A stretch of DNA of 64,000 nucleotides, taken from assembly GCF_009914755.1 (NCBI RefSeq), contig NC_060938.1; one strand, written 5' to 3'. This DNA is from the human T2T-CHM13v2.0 reference genome, Homo sapiens. The notes beneath the pieces are model-generated. The model was not told the origin of the DNA. It saw only the letters and a list, made by a program, of their open reading frames with translations, and did no database searches. A program made the translations under genes and the position numbers. This document shows, piece by piece, positions 40,714 through 56,434 of this stretch (within the stretch, counting starts at the first letter, position 1; each line of letters opens with the position of its first letter).

Positions 40714-42602
40714 CTTCACATTTTTTTCTACTCATGGCCCTAACCATGAGAAATCTTGGGAAGGACTTGGCATCTGTCTTGGTAAACTTCTTTTCCTATG
40801 ATTTATGAATAAACATAGTGTAGAAATGAGAGTCAGAAAATGCTGATTTTAGAGCAGTAATGGTGGAGAGAACAATGATAACTTTCAGAAATGTTCTAGA
40901 ACTTTCTTAGTTCATAAAGTAGGTATGGAATTACAAATTTGTAGGAATATGCCAATCTAAGAATTTTAATCTTATTTAATATGTTGCATATCTGAGAAAA
41001 ATGTTAAAACAATGGTTTTCCTACGTGTAACTATAGAAAATACTTATTTATTCCTTTATGTTTTCATTTGATACTACTTGTTATCTATGATTTGGAGTGG
41101 TCTTCCCCAAATAAGAATGACTTTGTCAGGATCTGTAAAAGTACCCTTGATATGACATCTATTCCATGAGGTTTTCTGCCTGAACTAGCATAGGGTAAGG
41201 ATATTCCCACCAGAAGTAGAATGTCATAACCAGTACCCCTTACTGTGGAATGAGAATCCCAAGTCAAAAGAGGCATTAATCTCATGTTTAAGCCAAGAGG
41301 CTCATTCCTTGCTTGTCAGCCACACTGGCTGAATGAGCAGACATTCTGAATTAAACATTATAGAAATTAATTTGTAACTTAATGCAAGAGATTTCCCTTG
41401 AGAATTTTTTTTACAACTCCTTTTGACATAAGGAATTCCCTTTAGGAACAAGGCACATCTAAACAACAGATTATATTTTTCTTCCCTTAATATATATACT
41501 TGTGTATCTGTTCATCTAGATAATATATTTCCTTTCATTTTCCGTGATTGGTTCCTGTTTTCCTTGCTGTGATAAAAATGTATACCATCTTTTGAGATAG
41601 TTGGAGGTGTTCCTGTCAGAAATACTGGCAATTGCAACATAATTAAAAATGAAGGACAACTTTAAAAGACAGAAGTTTTACAGTTTTTTTCTAGTCATTA
41701 TTGCAGTGACTCTACTTTGGAAAGTTTTGAGAAAATCTATTGTTTAGCGATTTAGGTTGTTTATAAAAGCTCCATGGTTTCAACCATGAACATATATATC
41801 TTACTGAAAAATATTTTGTTATATTTTTACAGACCTTTACTCAAAGTAGGTCAATAGGCTATTTTAAGGAACACCCTTTTATGGCTTAATATAATTGCAA
41901 GTGATTTTCTCAGAAAATGCTGTGACAGATACACAGTAATTTTCCTTAACAAATGGCATTGATACCTAAGTATTAGCAAGTGATAGGCATGATGCTGTGT
42001 ACATCAGTTTGTAAAATATAATTTACATAAATTTGATTAGGTCCAAATAATTTACGGAAGAGATTTCTAAAATATAATGTTCATTGTTTTTTCACTATGA
42101 AACTTTCAGTGGCTGAATACTTCCTATAGGTTAAAGCTGAAAATTTTTAACATAAAAAAGATGGCCCATGGTATGGTCTTTGCTTTTCTTTCTAACTATA
42201 TCCTCTATGGCTCCCAACATGTATAGAACTCCAGCCGTATCTTCCAAGATAATGCCTTGCACTGCTTATCCTCAAACGTGAGGTCTTCTGTGATAACTGT
42301 CCCCTCCATTTCTCTTTAGGCCCTTCCAATACCCTTCATTCCTTGGTCTTTGCACTTCACCCGTAACAGACCCTTGCCACTTTTCCTTTCACCATGCTAT
42401 TTTATTCTTCTGGGACTTTGTTCACATTTTTCCTTTGCTGGAGTTTCCAGCTCACTCCTTACGTCACCAGGCTAACTCATAATTCTGCTAACCTCCAGAC
42501 AGCTTCTCTCATCCTCTCCTGATTGTTTGATTTACTTCTTCCTTCCTGCAGTCCCACAACACCAAGTTCAAATTCATGATATAAAACTTGCTTACCTTGT
42601 GT

Positions 42603-42873
<271 letters not shown>

Positions 42874-43711
42874 TCACTATATTGAAGATATCCTTTCCAG
42901 TCTATTTTTCTTACTAAAATAAAAGCTATGTGAAGGCAGGGATAGACTCATTTATCTTTGTATTCCTTGCTTCTAACAAAATGCCCTGCAAATTGAAAGG
43001 TCTTCATAATACAGTTTTGAAATAAATATTATTCTTTATTATTCTTAAAAAGAGGCAAATTATTTGAGACCATGCTGTGAACTACTCAATACTTTTAGAA
43101 AAAGATAATTCAGCAGAGCTTCTCAATGGTTTATAATGCCTCCAATTTTTATTTGTATACAAAAATATACCTTCTTGCCACATCATTTCCATAAATTGCT
43201 AAAACATTAAAATTATCTAAGCATTTGAAAACCTCTTACCCTGTTAAGCAAACATATAAATCCTGTAAAAAGTTGGATTTGCATTTAAATACTGTGAACA
43301 TGTCATATAAGGCTGGTGTTCTACACTAATGTTCCAGGGATGATAAGAAAGGAAAACATAATTCTTTAACTGAATATTAAGAAGAGGTAATTGATCAGTA
43401 TTAGGATTAGGGAGGAAAGACTAATGTCTCAGAGGGAGGTACAGATGGGTAGATCTCTTTGACCTTACTACAATATCCAAGAATTACTCCACTGATTAAT
43501 GAAGAGAAGAGCAGGACCAGGCCTGCTGTAAAGGGAAATGTGGATGAGCCATCCTGGTGGTACAGGGTTGTGTGCCTAAAGATGGCAGCAACACGGTAAA
43601 GGGGAAACCTCAGTAAGAGGGGAGTGAAGCATTCTGCCTCTGCAGGTAGACAGTCCTCTGAAAATTTATTCATTCAACAGCTATTTTTGTACTCAAAATA
43701 TTTTTAAAAAT

Positions 43712-44473
43712 AATTTTAAATTCCATTTTAGATTCAAGGGGTACATATATGGATTTGTTACATGGGTGTATGGCATGATGCTGAGGTTTGGAATACAAAT
43801 GATCTCTGATATGGTTTGGCTCTGTATCCCCACCCAAATCTCATGTTGAGTTGTGGTTCCCAGTGTTGGAGGAGGGGTCTGGTAGGAAGTGATTGGATCA
43901 TGGGGGCAGACTTCCTCCTTGCTGTTCTTGAGATAGAGTTCTCACAAGATCTGATTGTTTGAAAAGTGTGTGGCACTTCCCCCTTCTCTCCCTATCTCTC
44001 TCTCTTCTGCTCTGCCATGGTAAGACATGCTTGCTTCCCCTTTGTCTTCTGCCATAATTGTAAGTTTCCTGAGGCTTCTCAGCCATGCTTCCTGTACAGC
44101 CTGTAGAACTGTGAATCAATCAAACCTCTTTTTTTTTTTTTATAAATTACCGAGTTTCAGGTATTTCTTTATAGCAGTGTGAGAATGGACGAATAAAATC
44201 CCATCACCCAGGTAGTGAGCATAGCACGCAATAGTTTTTCAACCCGTGTCACCTCCATCTCTCCCTCCCTCCCCACTCTAGTAGTTCCCAGGGTCTACTG
44301 TTCCCATCTTTACGTCCATGGGTACCCAATGTTTAGCTCCCACTTATAAGTGAGAACATGCAGTATTTGGTTTTCTGTTTCTGCATTAATTCACTTAGGA
44401 TAATGGCCTCCAGCTGCATCCATGTTGCTACAGAGAACATGATTTTGTTCTTTTCAATGGCTGTGTAGTGTTT
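43712..44473 (-). mobile_element. L1PA16/17-like 3' end, split by a THE1D LTR
   Basis: 'tagattcaagggggtacat...gctgaggtttgg...aatgatc' resumes at 44198 with 'atcccatcacccaggtagtgagcatag'. Confidence 0.88.
43807..44197 (+). mobile_element. Solo THE1D/MSTA LTR nested in L1
   Basis: 'tgatatggtttggctctg...ccatgcttcctgtacagcctgtagaactgtg'. 5-bp TSD 'atctc'/'atccc'. Confidence 0.9.
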
Positions 44474-44972
44474 TCAAAATATTTTTGGTATTGCATCAAT
44501 CTTTAGGGATATGGGTGTGAAGACACATTTGTTTTTCCTATACTACTCACTGTGGAGTGTAAAGAATTGGGAAAAGATAACTGTTGTTAAAAAAAATCTT
44601 TAGTAGTAGAAATTGTGTTTTTATCTTCACTGTACTAACCAACTACAATTGACTGGGAATCCCCTGTAACACACACATTTTACATGCATTTCCCCGTAAC
44701 TATGTGTTATTTCTTTGGGCCCCTAAGTATGGGAAATGGCCTAGAAGAAGAAAGACTTAGGCAAAGCCTACGAATAAATACTTCACTGAGATGTGAAAAC
44801 TCAAGGTAGCCAGAGTGAGGGAAAAGGAGAAATGAGGTAAGATCAGGAAAACAAGCACAGGTGATACGTTATCAAGCTGGACACAGGCTTTCAATAAAAA
44901 CAAACACAACTGGTTGTTTGGTTCTGTGAGATTACTCCAGAGAGATCTCCCAGAACTACTATGTGTCTAGTA

Positions 44973-45144
44973 TCTTTCTCTTCCTTCCTTCCTTCCTTTC
45001 CTTCTTTTCTTTCTCTTTCTTTCTTTCTCTCTGTCTCTCCCTTCCTTCCTTCTTTTCTCTCTCCCTTTCTTTCTTTATCTTTCTTTCATTCTCTCTCTCT
45101 CTTCCTTCCTTCCTTCCTTCCTTCCCTCCTTCCTTTCTTCCTTT
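44973..45144. repeat. Polypyrimidine (TTCC/TTTC/TC) low-complexity tract
   Basis: About 170 nt that are almost all C/T. Confidence 0.92.
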
Positions 45145-45570
45145 GTGTCAGCTAGCTCTCAGTATTCAAAGCCTGCCCCATAGGGTGTAACTTTCTCATG
45201 ATTCTGAGTAGTGTTTCCAAGTCCCTTGTGGCAGCCACTGGGGAAATGCAGCTATTAGGGCTCAGTTAGCCTAGCCTTTACCCTCTGGGTAGGTTTCTGC
45301 AATTGCTGGTATCTGAGGATGAGACAGGAGGATCTGGGAATTTACTACCACAGGAAAGAAGAGATTGAGTGGATCTATAGAGGTGCATAAATTGGGTCCT
45401 GAACATGTGGAATATGTACCACACATTTAAAAATGTGACATCTTGTGGTATAGGGACAAGGCATTAGCTAACAATAAACATAGTACATTTTTCCCTCAAA
45501 AAAAAAGTATCAGCTGGAGCTATTCTAAAACATTTATCCAGCACTTACTTATCTTTTTAATTTTTTTTTT

Positions 45571-46217
<647 letters not shown>

Positions 46218-46305
46218 TTACATTTTATGGAAAGTAGCATTGGTTTATATTATAGTGAAGAAAGATTTCCCTTCCAAATAAATATTTAAGTAAAAAATCA
46301 GATTA

Positions 46306-46690
<385 letters not shown>

Positions 46691-47107
46691 AGAAAAAAAA
46701 ACATTAAAAGGAAGAATAAAAGTGATAAAAGGTTTAGCAATGCTATGGGTTATGACTGGATCTCAGTTACACCTCAGTATGCATACAATGAACTTTGTAA
46801 TAATGAGTTTTCGAATTAAAATTCTTGTTCTTAAATCTTTTTTAAGATTTAAATTCTTTTATGTTCTGTACTTTAAAATATCAGGACTCAAGTCTACAGA
46901 ATGGGTTTAACTCCATGAAACAATTAACATACTTCTAAGCACATGGTTAGCATTTTATCAATGATGTTGTCATGTCAGTTTTACTATTAATATGTGTGTC
47001 CTTAATTTAAGAAAAAGGGAAGAAATGTATGAGCAGATAATTTAGTACTGGCAATATGATCTTTTTATTTTTCTCCATTTGCCTGGAGAAATGTTCCTTC
47101 CTAGATT

Positions 47108-47255
47108 TACAGACTTTCAAAGCTAAAAAAAGTTGAGACATCATCTGATTAATTCTGTCTTTATAAAAGGAGGCCCAGAGAGGCTAATGAACTTTTTCAA
47201 GACTACACAGCTAGTTGTTTAAAAAGTTTGAACTGAAACCTAAGTCACTTGCTCA
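47108..47255 (-). mobile_element. MIR fragment
   Basis: 'gaggcccagagaggctaatgaactttttcaagactacacagctagtt'. Confidence 0.6.
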
Positions 47256-50200
47256 TTTCAGGAGGAATTATTTTCATGGTATTACTATACATAACTCAAT
47301 TAGGCTTCTAAACCCAAATGTTTCCGTAACCAGACCACATTTAAGCCACATTATTTCCCTGTGCAAAAAGAATATCTCAACTGACTGACCTCTCTGCAGC
47401 ATTTAAAAGTATTTGCTATTCTCCTTTTCTCCAAGAACTCCATTCCCTTATATTCTAGAATGCTGTTGCCTTCTCGTTTCTCTCCCATTTCTCTAGTCAC
47501 AAATTTTCTGACTATTTTATTTCTCTCTCTTTTTCCTCCTGCCCTTTTGCTGACCTTTAGATTTGTTTTCTGATATTTTTCTAGGTTGAATCCTAAGCAA
47601 TTATAGACTTCTACTTTATATAATAAAATATTTTTAAAATCCTTGGCAATCTATTTTTTCTATCAGTGGTCTATGTACTTATGGGTTTTTTTTCTTTCTT
47701 TTACCTTTGTTTTATTTTCCTGCAGGGACTAGTGTCATTATTACCAAACCATGAATTTAGTAATAAGTGTAGTAATCTAAAGAAGGAAAGGGATGCATCA
47801 TCCAGAACAAAGTCAATTGGTAAAGAAGGAAGGAAGTGCAATATAGTTGTTCTCACTCTTTGGAAAGGGGAAGTAGAAGCTTTTCTGGTTGGGGTGGAGG
47901 CCCGGGTCCAGAGGACAGATAGCGGGTGAAGAAGAAACAAAGGATTTCCAGGGTTCCAGTTCCCTCACCTCTTTGAGCCTTGCTTCTTTGGACTGGATGT
48001 AGTTGACAGACATGGGGAAGAGGGGATTTCCAGCAAGGTAGAAACCTCAGATAAATTGAGAGGAAACCCAAAAGATGAGGGGTGTTTATCAAATATTTTT
48101 GTGGGAGAGCAAACTGATTGAGGAAGGTGACCATATGAGTGGCACAGAGGGACTCCTCTCAAAGTCGTGGACACTCTAGTGGTTCACAAAAAGCAGCCAA
48201 GATTTCCCAGGCTCCACATAGATCCAAAGACAACTGATAGTCTAAATACACATAGAGTCAGGCTACAGATGCTGCAATATCCGGAGACCTCCCAAAGTGA
48301 AAAAATACGGTAGGGACCAGGGAATTTATCAGCGGCCAGTGGGACACCCCAAGGGACAATAGGACCCCAATAGCACCTGAGTAGATTGAGTACAAAACAA
48401 CCAGGGCTCAGGCCTGACCAATTCCATGACACTAGTGACTAAAAAGAGCCCCAAGCAATGCCTATAAAGTTAAAGATTCCTCTCTCTTGTCTACATAATG
48501 AGGAATGAAAAGCTGCTTCTGCACACCAATTTCAGTCTAAGGAAACCCTAACAAAGAAAGCGATCTTTGAACTTACTGCATATTCAATCATATCCTGTTA
48601 GCTCAGAAGAAACTCAAACCGGAAGGTTACTGTTGTACTTAATTGGCAACTCACTCAACCCTTCCCCTCAACATCTAACAACCTTTGCCAGTGAGTGGAA
48701 ATGAAGAATCTAGAAGTAGATGTTACAGACAATCCAAAAAATTGCTTTTTTGGTGTATTGTATACATTTAGATACTGCTATTCGTATAATGTTCAATATC
48801 TAAAACAAATTGACAATTATAAATCTAGCACTATGGCCATGCGCAGGAGTAAGCCATGGAAATCGTATGTTCCGAGCCATGTGCAGGCCCCCGCTGGGTT
48901 TCCTTCACATGGATGTTCCACAAGCACTGCAAATCAAAATGCCCAATGTTGAACTTATCTTCACCTCTTCTTTATTTTCTTACTCATGATAATGGCAAAC
49001 ACAATGTAGATAGAGACCTCAGAGCAATGTTTCTTTCCGATGTTAGATCAAAAAGTGACAGATAGATAAATAAATAAATGCTTCCCCAACTACTTGCAAG
49101 ATATCACTGCTAAAGTTCAAGTGGCCTAACTTGAGAGCAATGTGACATACGACAAGTTTCAGTAAAAGTCAGTTTCTTCATAAGTGTAAAGTGAGGCAAT
49201 TAGTAACAATTAGAGAGTTCATATGAAGAAGAAATAAGAAAGTGTTTATAAAATTCTCTTGCATTAAAAAAAAGATCCTGAAAATATTTTTAAGAAAAGC
49301 CAGTTTAATTGAAGGTTCGGGATAATATTTTTCCAAATGAATTGTCTAATTTATGTTATATATATGTTATGAATGGTCTAATTTATGTTATATGTTATAT
49401 GTTATGTATTCCATTTAGTCAGAATTAAACAAAGATTTAAGGCAGGAATGTATTAATGACTCAATTCATCAGTTCATATACTCAGTGAGATATTACTGAG
49501 ACTTTATAAAACACCATCACGTGGACTTTTAAAATAGATGAAGTTTGAGCCACTGTTATTTGAAAAGGTAAAAATTTGATATACACCTCACATAGTGTAG
49601 CCAAATCAATTCCAAATGACTCAAGGAATTAATATTTTTAATAAAAAGGGGCCATAGAAACACTAAGAAAAAAATATGAGTGAATTCCATTATAACCTAG
49701 GAATAGGAAAACTTTTAGAACTATGACTCAAATGCCAGAGAAAATAAAGGAAAATGTAGATACTTTTTACTAATATTTTAACAAATGCATAGTGAATAGT
49801 ATAAAAGATAATTGACAAAGAAAAAAGTATATTTAAATTACATTAAATAAATAATATTCCTAATATACAAAGAGTTCCTAAAAGTAAAGAAGGTAAAGAC
49901 CAATAAGCTAATAGAAAAAAAATGAGCAAAAGATTTGATAATGCTAGAAGAAACCTCCTTATTTAGTAAAGCAGTTAACAAGTAGAAAGTACCAAGCATT
50001 TATCCTCCCTTTCCTGTTTGAAAAGTACCACAGTGTACCCCGCAGTTGATGAGGGGAGTGTCTTTCAGTAGAAATGTTCCAAGTAATAAAAAGAAAAGAA
50101 ATTTTAAAAATTAGAATATTGCAATTTTTTATCTTCTAATGGACTAATGGATCTATTGATCCATTGATGCTCAGTGTACAATTAGGGAATACACTGAGCA

Positions 50201-51169
50201 TGAATAATTCTTAACATGAAGAGAAACAACCAGATACCAAGTGCCTTTAAATGGAACTACACAATGCTACCAATGAAACATTCTTACCCAATAGAAAAAA
50301 TAAATCTAATCTGACTCTGCTTAAACCTATAAATCTAGCCACCAATTGACAGGAAATACAGGAGATAATGTATGTTAACACCACAGACATGACATGATCC
50401 ATATAGAGACTGTGGGAAACTCCACAGAATAGTAACCTTGAATATCCAACAAGTAAGTGCCAGAGGGGAATAAGTGCAATAAAGAGACACAGAGATATAT
50501 CAATGCATCCCAATGTATATAATACGTTTGGATTCTGCTTTAAAAAGGTGAGAAATTGTAAGCAATTGAGAATATATAAGCAATGTAAATATTTGATATT
50601 TTAGAATTATTATAAATTATCTTAGGAGTGATAGTGTCACTAAAATTTAACTCTCAATAAAAATATTCTTGTAGAGTTACATACTGAAATATTGACAGGT
50701 GATTAAAAGAAAAAAAACTTAATATGGATATAGACCACAAAATCCAGGTATTAGGGAATTCTTCAGGACAAATGACTCAGTTCTTTGAACAAGTAAGTTG
50801 CAAGGGGAAAAAAAGAAGAAAAGGGAAGCTTATGAACTTGTACATTAAAAAAGAAGTAAAAGATATACATCAACCATTGACCTATTTGGGACTTATTTAT
50901 ATCATTATTCGAAAAAGTAAATTATTAAAAAAAGATTAAGAGATAATTTAGAAAATTTGATGGTAACTTTATTATTTGAGGTTATCAAAGAATAATTAGA
51001 TTTTTGAGTGTGGTAGTGATATCATGATTACATATTTTTGATGAAAGCCTTATCATTTAGAAACATTTCCTATGATGCCTTGGAATTGCTTCAACAAATG
51101 GTTGGAGGACCAGTGAGGATATATAGATGGCATAAGTTCAGCTATGAGTCTGAAATTGTTGAAGCTTGA

Positions 51170-51537
<368 letters not shown>

Positions 51538-52220
51538 TAAATTTTTTATGATTAAATTGTTTATGATTGATTATCATTAATAATGATTGTGACCAATTTA
51601 AATGTCAAGCAATTTGTTAAAATCGTAAATCGATAATACTTTAAAAATAGCAAGAGAAAAACAAAACTCTGTGAACATTATCAGAGTCTGCTAGGTCACC
51701 CACTCACTACTCTTTAAGTTGATGAATTAAAGGGAAAGAATATAAAATGCTAACTTTTCATTACTGTCTGGTGTGAACTGTGTTTCAAGGTAGCCAAGTC
51801 ATCTGATAGATAAGGGAAATTCTTCTGTATAGAAATCCAACTGACAATGCAAAGAAATTTTAGAAATAGGAAAAAAGAAAATTTTAGAAATAGGAAAAAA
51901 GAACGAAATAACCAGTTCATTCAGTCTCCATAAGTCAATAGTAAACTATTAGATAAAAGTAATGGGGAACTCGATAATGAAGGGATCAGGCTGTTACCCA
52001 CCTGGACCCATCAAAATAGAAATGTCAGACGTTATTTGCCTTTGAAGGAGGTTTCATATAAATATAATGTCACAGCATCACAATTAAAGTATTATTTATT
52101 TTTTGAAAAAGCAAGCTTTAAATGAAATCTCTAGGCTACAAGAAATGCAGGTGAGCAAGGAACAAGTTAAACAGTAACAGATGGAAAAAAATCTAGATGA
52201 CAATTAATCTAATTTCTTCA

Positions 52221-52715
<495 letters not shown>

Positions 52716-53029
52716 TTAAAATTTGTTACATGTGACAGTAGATAGCTAAATAAATAGATATAAAATATTCATGATGAAATGTTTAGCATAAATTTGTATG
52801 ATGCTTTGGATGTACTTTAAAATGCCCCAATAGGCAAAATAAAAGATAGTAGGAAATAGATGAATCAAGGGTGGCAACATGTGAGTGGTTTTTGATGCTG
52901 TGATACAGGTATTTGAGACTCATTGTACTCCATATTATTGTGAAGGTATAAAGATTTTCATAGTAAACAGCTTCAAATTGTACCATCATAAGGTTAGAAT
53001 AAAAATTTGCTACATGCCAATTTCACGCT

Positions 53030-53392
53030 TGAGATGGTTTGGCTGTGTCCCCACCCGAATCTCATCTTGAATTGTAGTTCCCATAATCCCCATTTGTTGT
53101 GAGAGGGACCCCGTGGGAGGTAACTGAATCGTGGGGACAGGTTTTCCTGTGCTATTCTCATGATAGTAAGTCAGTCTCATGAGATCCGATGGTTCTATAA
53201 AGGACAGTTCCTTTGCACATGCTCTCTTGCCTGCCGTAATGTAAGATGTGCATTTGCTCCCCCTTCCCTTTCCACCATGATTGTGAAGCCTCCCCAGCCT
53301 TGTGGGATTGTGAGTCCATTAAACCTCTTTTTCTTTATAAATTACCCAGTCTTGGGTATTTCTTCATACCAGTAAGAAAATAGACTAATACA
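53030..53392 (+). mobile_element. Solo THE1B/C LTR
   Basis: 'tgagatggtttggctgtgtccccacccgaatctcatcttgaattgtag...gactaataca'. Confidence 0.92.
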
Positions 53393-53566
53393 ATCCTCTT
53401 CTGGCTTTCCTTGATTTTTCATTATTGTTGATATACAGATTATAAACCTCTTTTTCTTTATAAATTACCCAGTCTTGGGTATTTCTTCATAATAGTAAGA
53501 AAATAGACTAATAAAATCCTCTTCTGGCTTTCCCTGATCATTCATTATTGTTGATTATACAGATTA
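53320..53566. repeat. Direct tandem duplication with a ~123-bp unit
   Basis: 53320-53442 versus 53443-53566: about 6 substitutions and 1 indel by eye. Confidence 0.92.
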
Positions 53567-54536
53567 GGGAAGAGCAACCTTCTTGTTCAGAGGAATAAGC
53601 AAATTCCTATACGGATTCTCTTTGTCATTGTTTCTATTTAGTATCTCTCTGCTCTTCAAGCTCTGCCCAGAATGTTTAATGGTAACATTAAACATTTTAC
53701 TTTGCTGGAACTGCTGCCAGTGTGAGAGGAGCTGGAATGGTTTGAACTGAGGTCCCATCTTCCCGTCCTGTAACTCTTCGATCCCACCAGCCCAGGAGTT
53801 CATACTGAGATTCTTCTCCAGGAATCACCAGTTCCATCCCTCTGGGGGCTGCCCTGTCAGTCTGCTGTAGCATAAGGGAATCCAAAATCTCCTTCAGTTT
53901 TCCAAGAAGCAAAGGGTTCCTTTCTGAAAGTTTCTCTTGAGATACGAAACTTAAGGTTTTCTTGTTCAAAGGTATCTTTAGCAGGTATTTTAAAGAGGTT
54001 TTGGGAAGTCCTTTCTCTACCTTTCCTTTGGAATGTTGACTATGCAACTTGAAAGCCATCAGAGAACACTGATATGTATTTATCTTTTACATAGTCAAAA
54101 TTTTTGCTCTCTATATGCCCTAGAGGTTGTGCTAGTATATAGTGCAGCTGAGCCCCTTCCTCCAGCCTAGTTTCATTCTAATAAGTCAAACAAAACCATA
54201 ATGTTCTCTTTTCTCCTTAATAATTCAGGTTTATATCATTTCAACTACATTTTTATCATCCTCTATCTCTCTAGGTCTATTGATCTTTCTATTTGCTGCT
54301 CTTCAAAAGATTTTCCAAAACATTTTCTCCTCAAACCTCATATAAATCAATCTAAAACAGGTGAATGTAGGGAAAACAAAATGAAGAAATGATCCTGATG
54401 CAAGTGCTAACTCAGGCATGAATTTCCGTTTCTCTAGCTTTCCAAAAGTTTTGCAGTTATGAACATGCTCATCTTTCTTATTGCTCCATTTCTTAACACT
54501 TTTTATACCATTGTATCAATTGTCCTTGCTTGCACA

Positions 54537-55271
54537 TTAAAACTGCAATGAGATACCATCTTACTCCTGCAAGAATGGCCATAATTAAAAAGTCATAAAA
54601 CAATAGGTGTTGGTGTGGATGCGGTGAAAAAGGAACAGTTTTGCACTGCTCGTGTGAGTGTAAATTAGTACAACCACTATAGAAAACAGTATGGCAATTC
54701 CTTGAAGAACTAAAAGTAGAAGTACCATTAAATCCAGCCATCCCACTGCTGGGTATCTACCCAAAGGAAAAGAAGTCATTATATGAAAAAGACACATGCG
54801 CATGCACGTTTATAACAGCACAATTTACAACTGCAAAGATATGGAACCAACCTAAGTGACCCATCAACCAATAAGTGGATTAAGAAAATGTGGCATATAT
54901 ACACCACAGAACACTACACAGCCATAAGAAGGAACAAAATAATGCATTTTGTAGCAACTTGGAGCTGGGTGGAGGCTATTATTCTAAGTAAAGCAACTCA
55001 GGAATGGAAAACCAAAGATTGTATATTCTCAGTTAAAGTGGGAGCTAAGCTATGAGGATGCAAAGGCCTAAGAAGACATAAAGAACTTTGGGGACTCCGG
55101 AATGAAGGTTGGGAGGAGTGTGAGGGATAAAAGGATACTTACTGGGTACAGCGTACACTGCTCGGGTGACAGGCACACTAAAATCACAGAAATCACCGCT
55201 AAATAACTTATCCATGTAACCAGATACCAGCTACACCCCGTAAACTAATGAAATAAATATTTAAAAATAAA
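54537..55271 (+). mobile_element. 5'-truncated L1PB-like 3' end
   Basis: 'agataccatcttactcctgcaagaatggcc...gggagctaagctatgaggatgcaaaggc...gaaatcaccgctaaa'. Confidence 0.9.
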
Positions 55272-55389
55272 TTGTCATTTCTGGAAGATCTTAAGTGGAT
55301 TGATAAACTATCAGTCTCCCATAATGTGTGATTATTGATTTTGTTTATTGGCATTATCACTTTTACTCATAGCAGAGCTCATAGTTCTG

Positions 55390-55640
55390 ATTCATTGAGC
55401 ATATGAGAGGTTCCAGGCACACACCAGGTAGTCTGCGTGCATTATTTCAATTGAGCTTCATCACTACCATCTATGCACAACTATTATTATCTACACTTCA
55501 AAGGTGAAAAAAAAAGCTGAGGCTTGGAAAGATTAATTATGTGGCATAATTCTCTCACAGCTAATGAAAGGAAAACTCAAAATCACAATTAAGTCCCCCT
55601 GAGTCCAAAGCCAGTGACTTTAAGACCTGCACTATTAATT
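55390..55640 (-). mobile_element. MIR
   Basis: 'ctattattatctacacttcaaaggtg...gctgaggcttggaaagattaa'. Confidence 0.6.
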
Positions 55641-55984
55641 ATTTCTAATATTTCTTACTCAAAATTCTTTCACTCCTTTCCCTCATTTAGTATCATCAAC
55701 TCAGAGTGTTAAGCATTGTTAAAGCAAGTTATGTGAAAAAAAGTCTGAAAAAAATAGGGACCCCTTAGTCACACAGAGGAAAAACACAAAGCTTCAAGAA
55801 AGGCATGACATATGTCTTTAAGCACTGGCTGTCAAGTACACAGCCTACTGGTATCACCTCAGGGAAGAGATTTAGGATAGACAGGGCCCTGCTTGATTAA
55901 GTAAAACAGCTCTGACTGGACTCATGATTCTCCATAAAATTTTACAGTGAGAGTGCTAACCTTGTCAAAATATTTCAAATAATA

Positions 55985-56185
55985 GCTTAATTTATTGAGC
56001 ACTAATTTATTGAGTTCTAAGTTCTTTGCATGTATGCTCTCATCCAACCCTCCCTATTGGCAGCCATACTTACCAGATGAGGAAACAGAGACACAAAGAC
56101 ACAAAGTGAATTGTCCCAGATAACATGATTAGCAAGAAATTTGACCCCACATCTTTCTGACTGCAAAAACTGTGCACTTAGAGAG
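55985..56185 (-). mobile_element. MIR
   Basis: 'ccagatgaggaaacagagacacaaag...gtgaattgtcccaga'. Confidence 0.65.
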
Positions 56186-56188
56186 AAC

Positions 56189-56245
56189 ATCACTGCATTC
56201 CAGCCTGGAAAACACAGCGAGACCTTGTTTCAAAAAAAAAAAAAA
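56189..56245 (+). mobile_element. Severely 5'-truncated Alu (last ~45 nt plus A tail)
   Basis: 'cactgcattccagcctggaaaacacagcgagaccttgtttcaaaaa'. Confidence 0.8.
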
Positions 56246-56434
56246 GAGAGAGAGAGAAAGTCATGTCTACCCAGAAGAGTCACAAACACAGAAAAAAAGA
56301 AATCATAGAGCTGGTTACAGAGGAAATAGATAAGGTTGGGAAAGGTGGGAAATAGGAAGTGAACACTTTAAGGCTGTTTTTGAAATGAATGTAGGCTTTT
56401 CGGCTACAAAGACAAAGAATTTCGAAACCAGGGT

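Noticed and set aside
44961-45190. S/F/L/P-rich ORFs resembling membrane peptides
   Set aside because: They are translations of the polypyrimidine microsatellite.
47720-48727. Possible ancient LTR (TG...'gttaca') containing several overlapping ORFs
   Set aside because: The composition is LTR-like, but I could not assign a family or find a TSD, and the ORFs show no recognisable protein.
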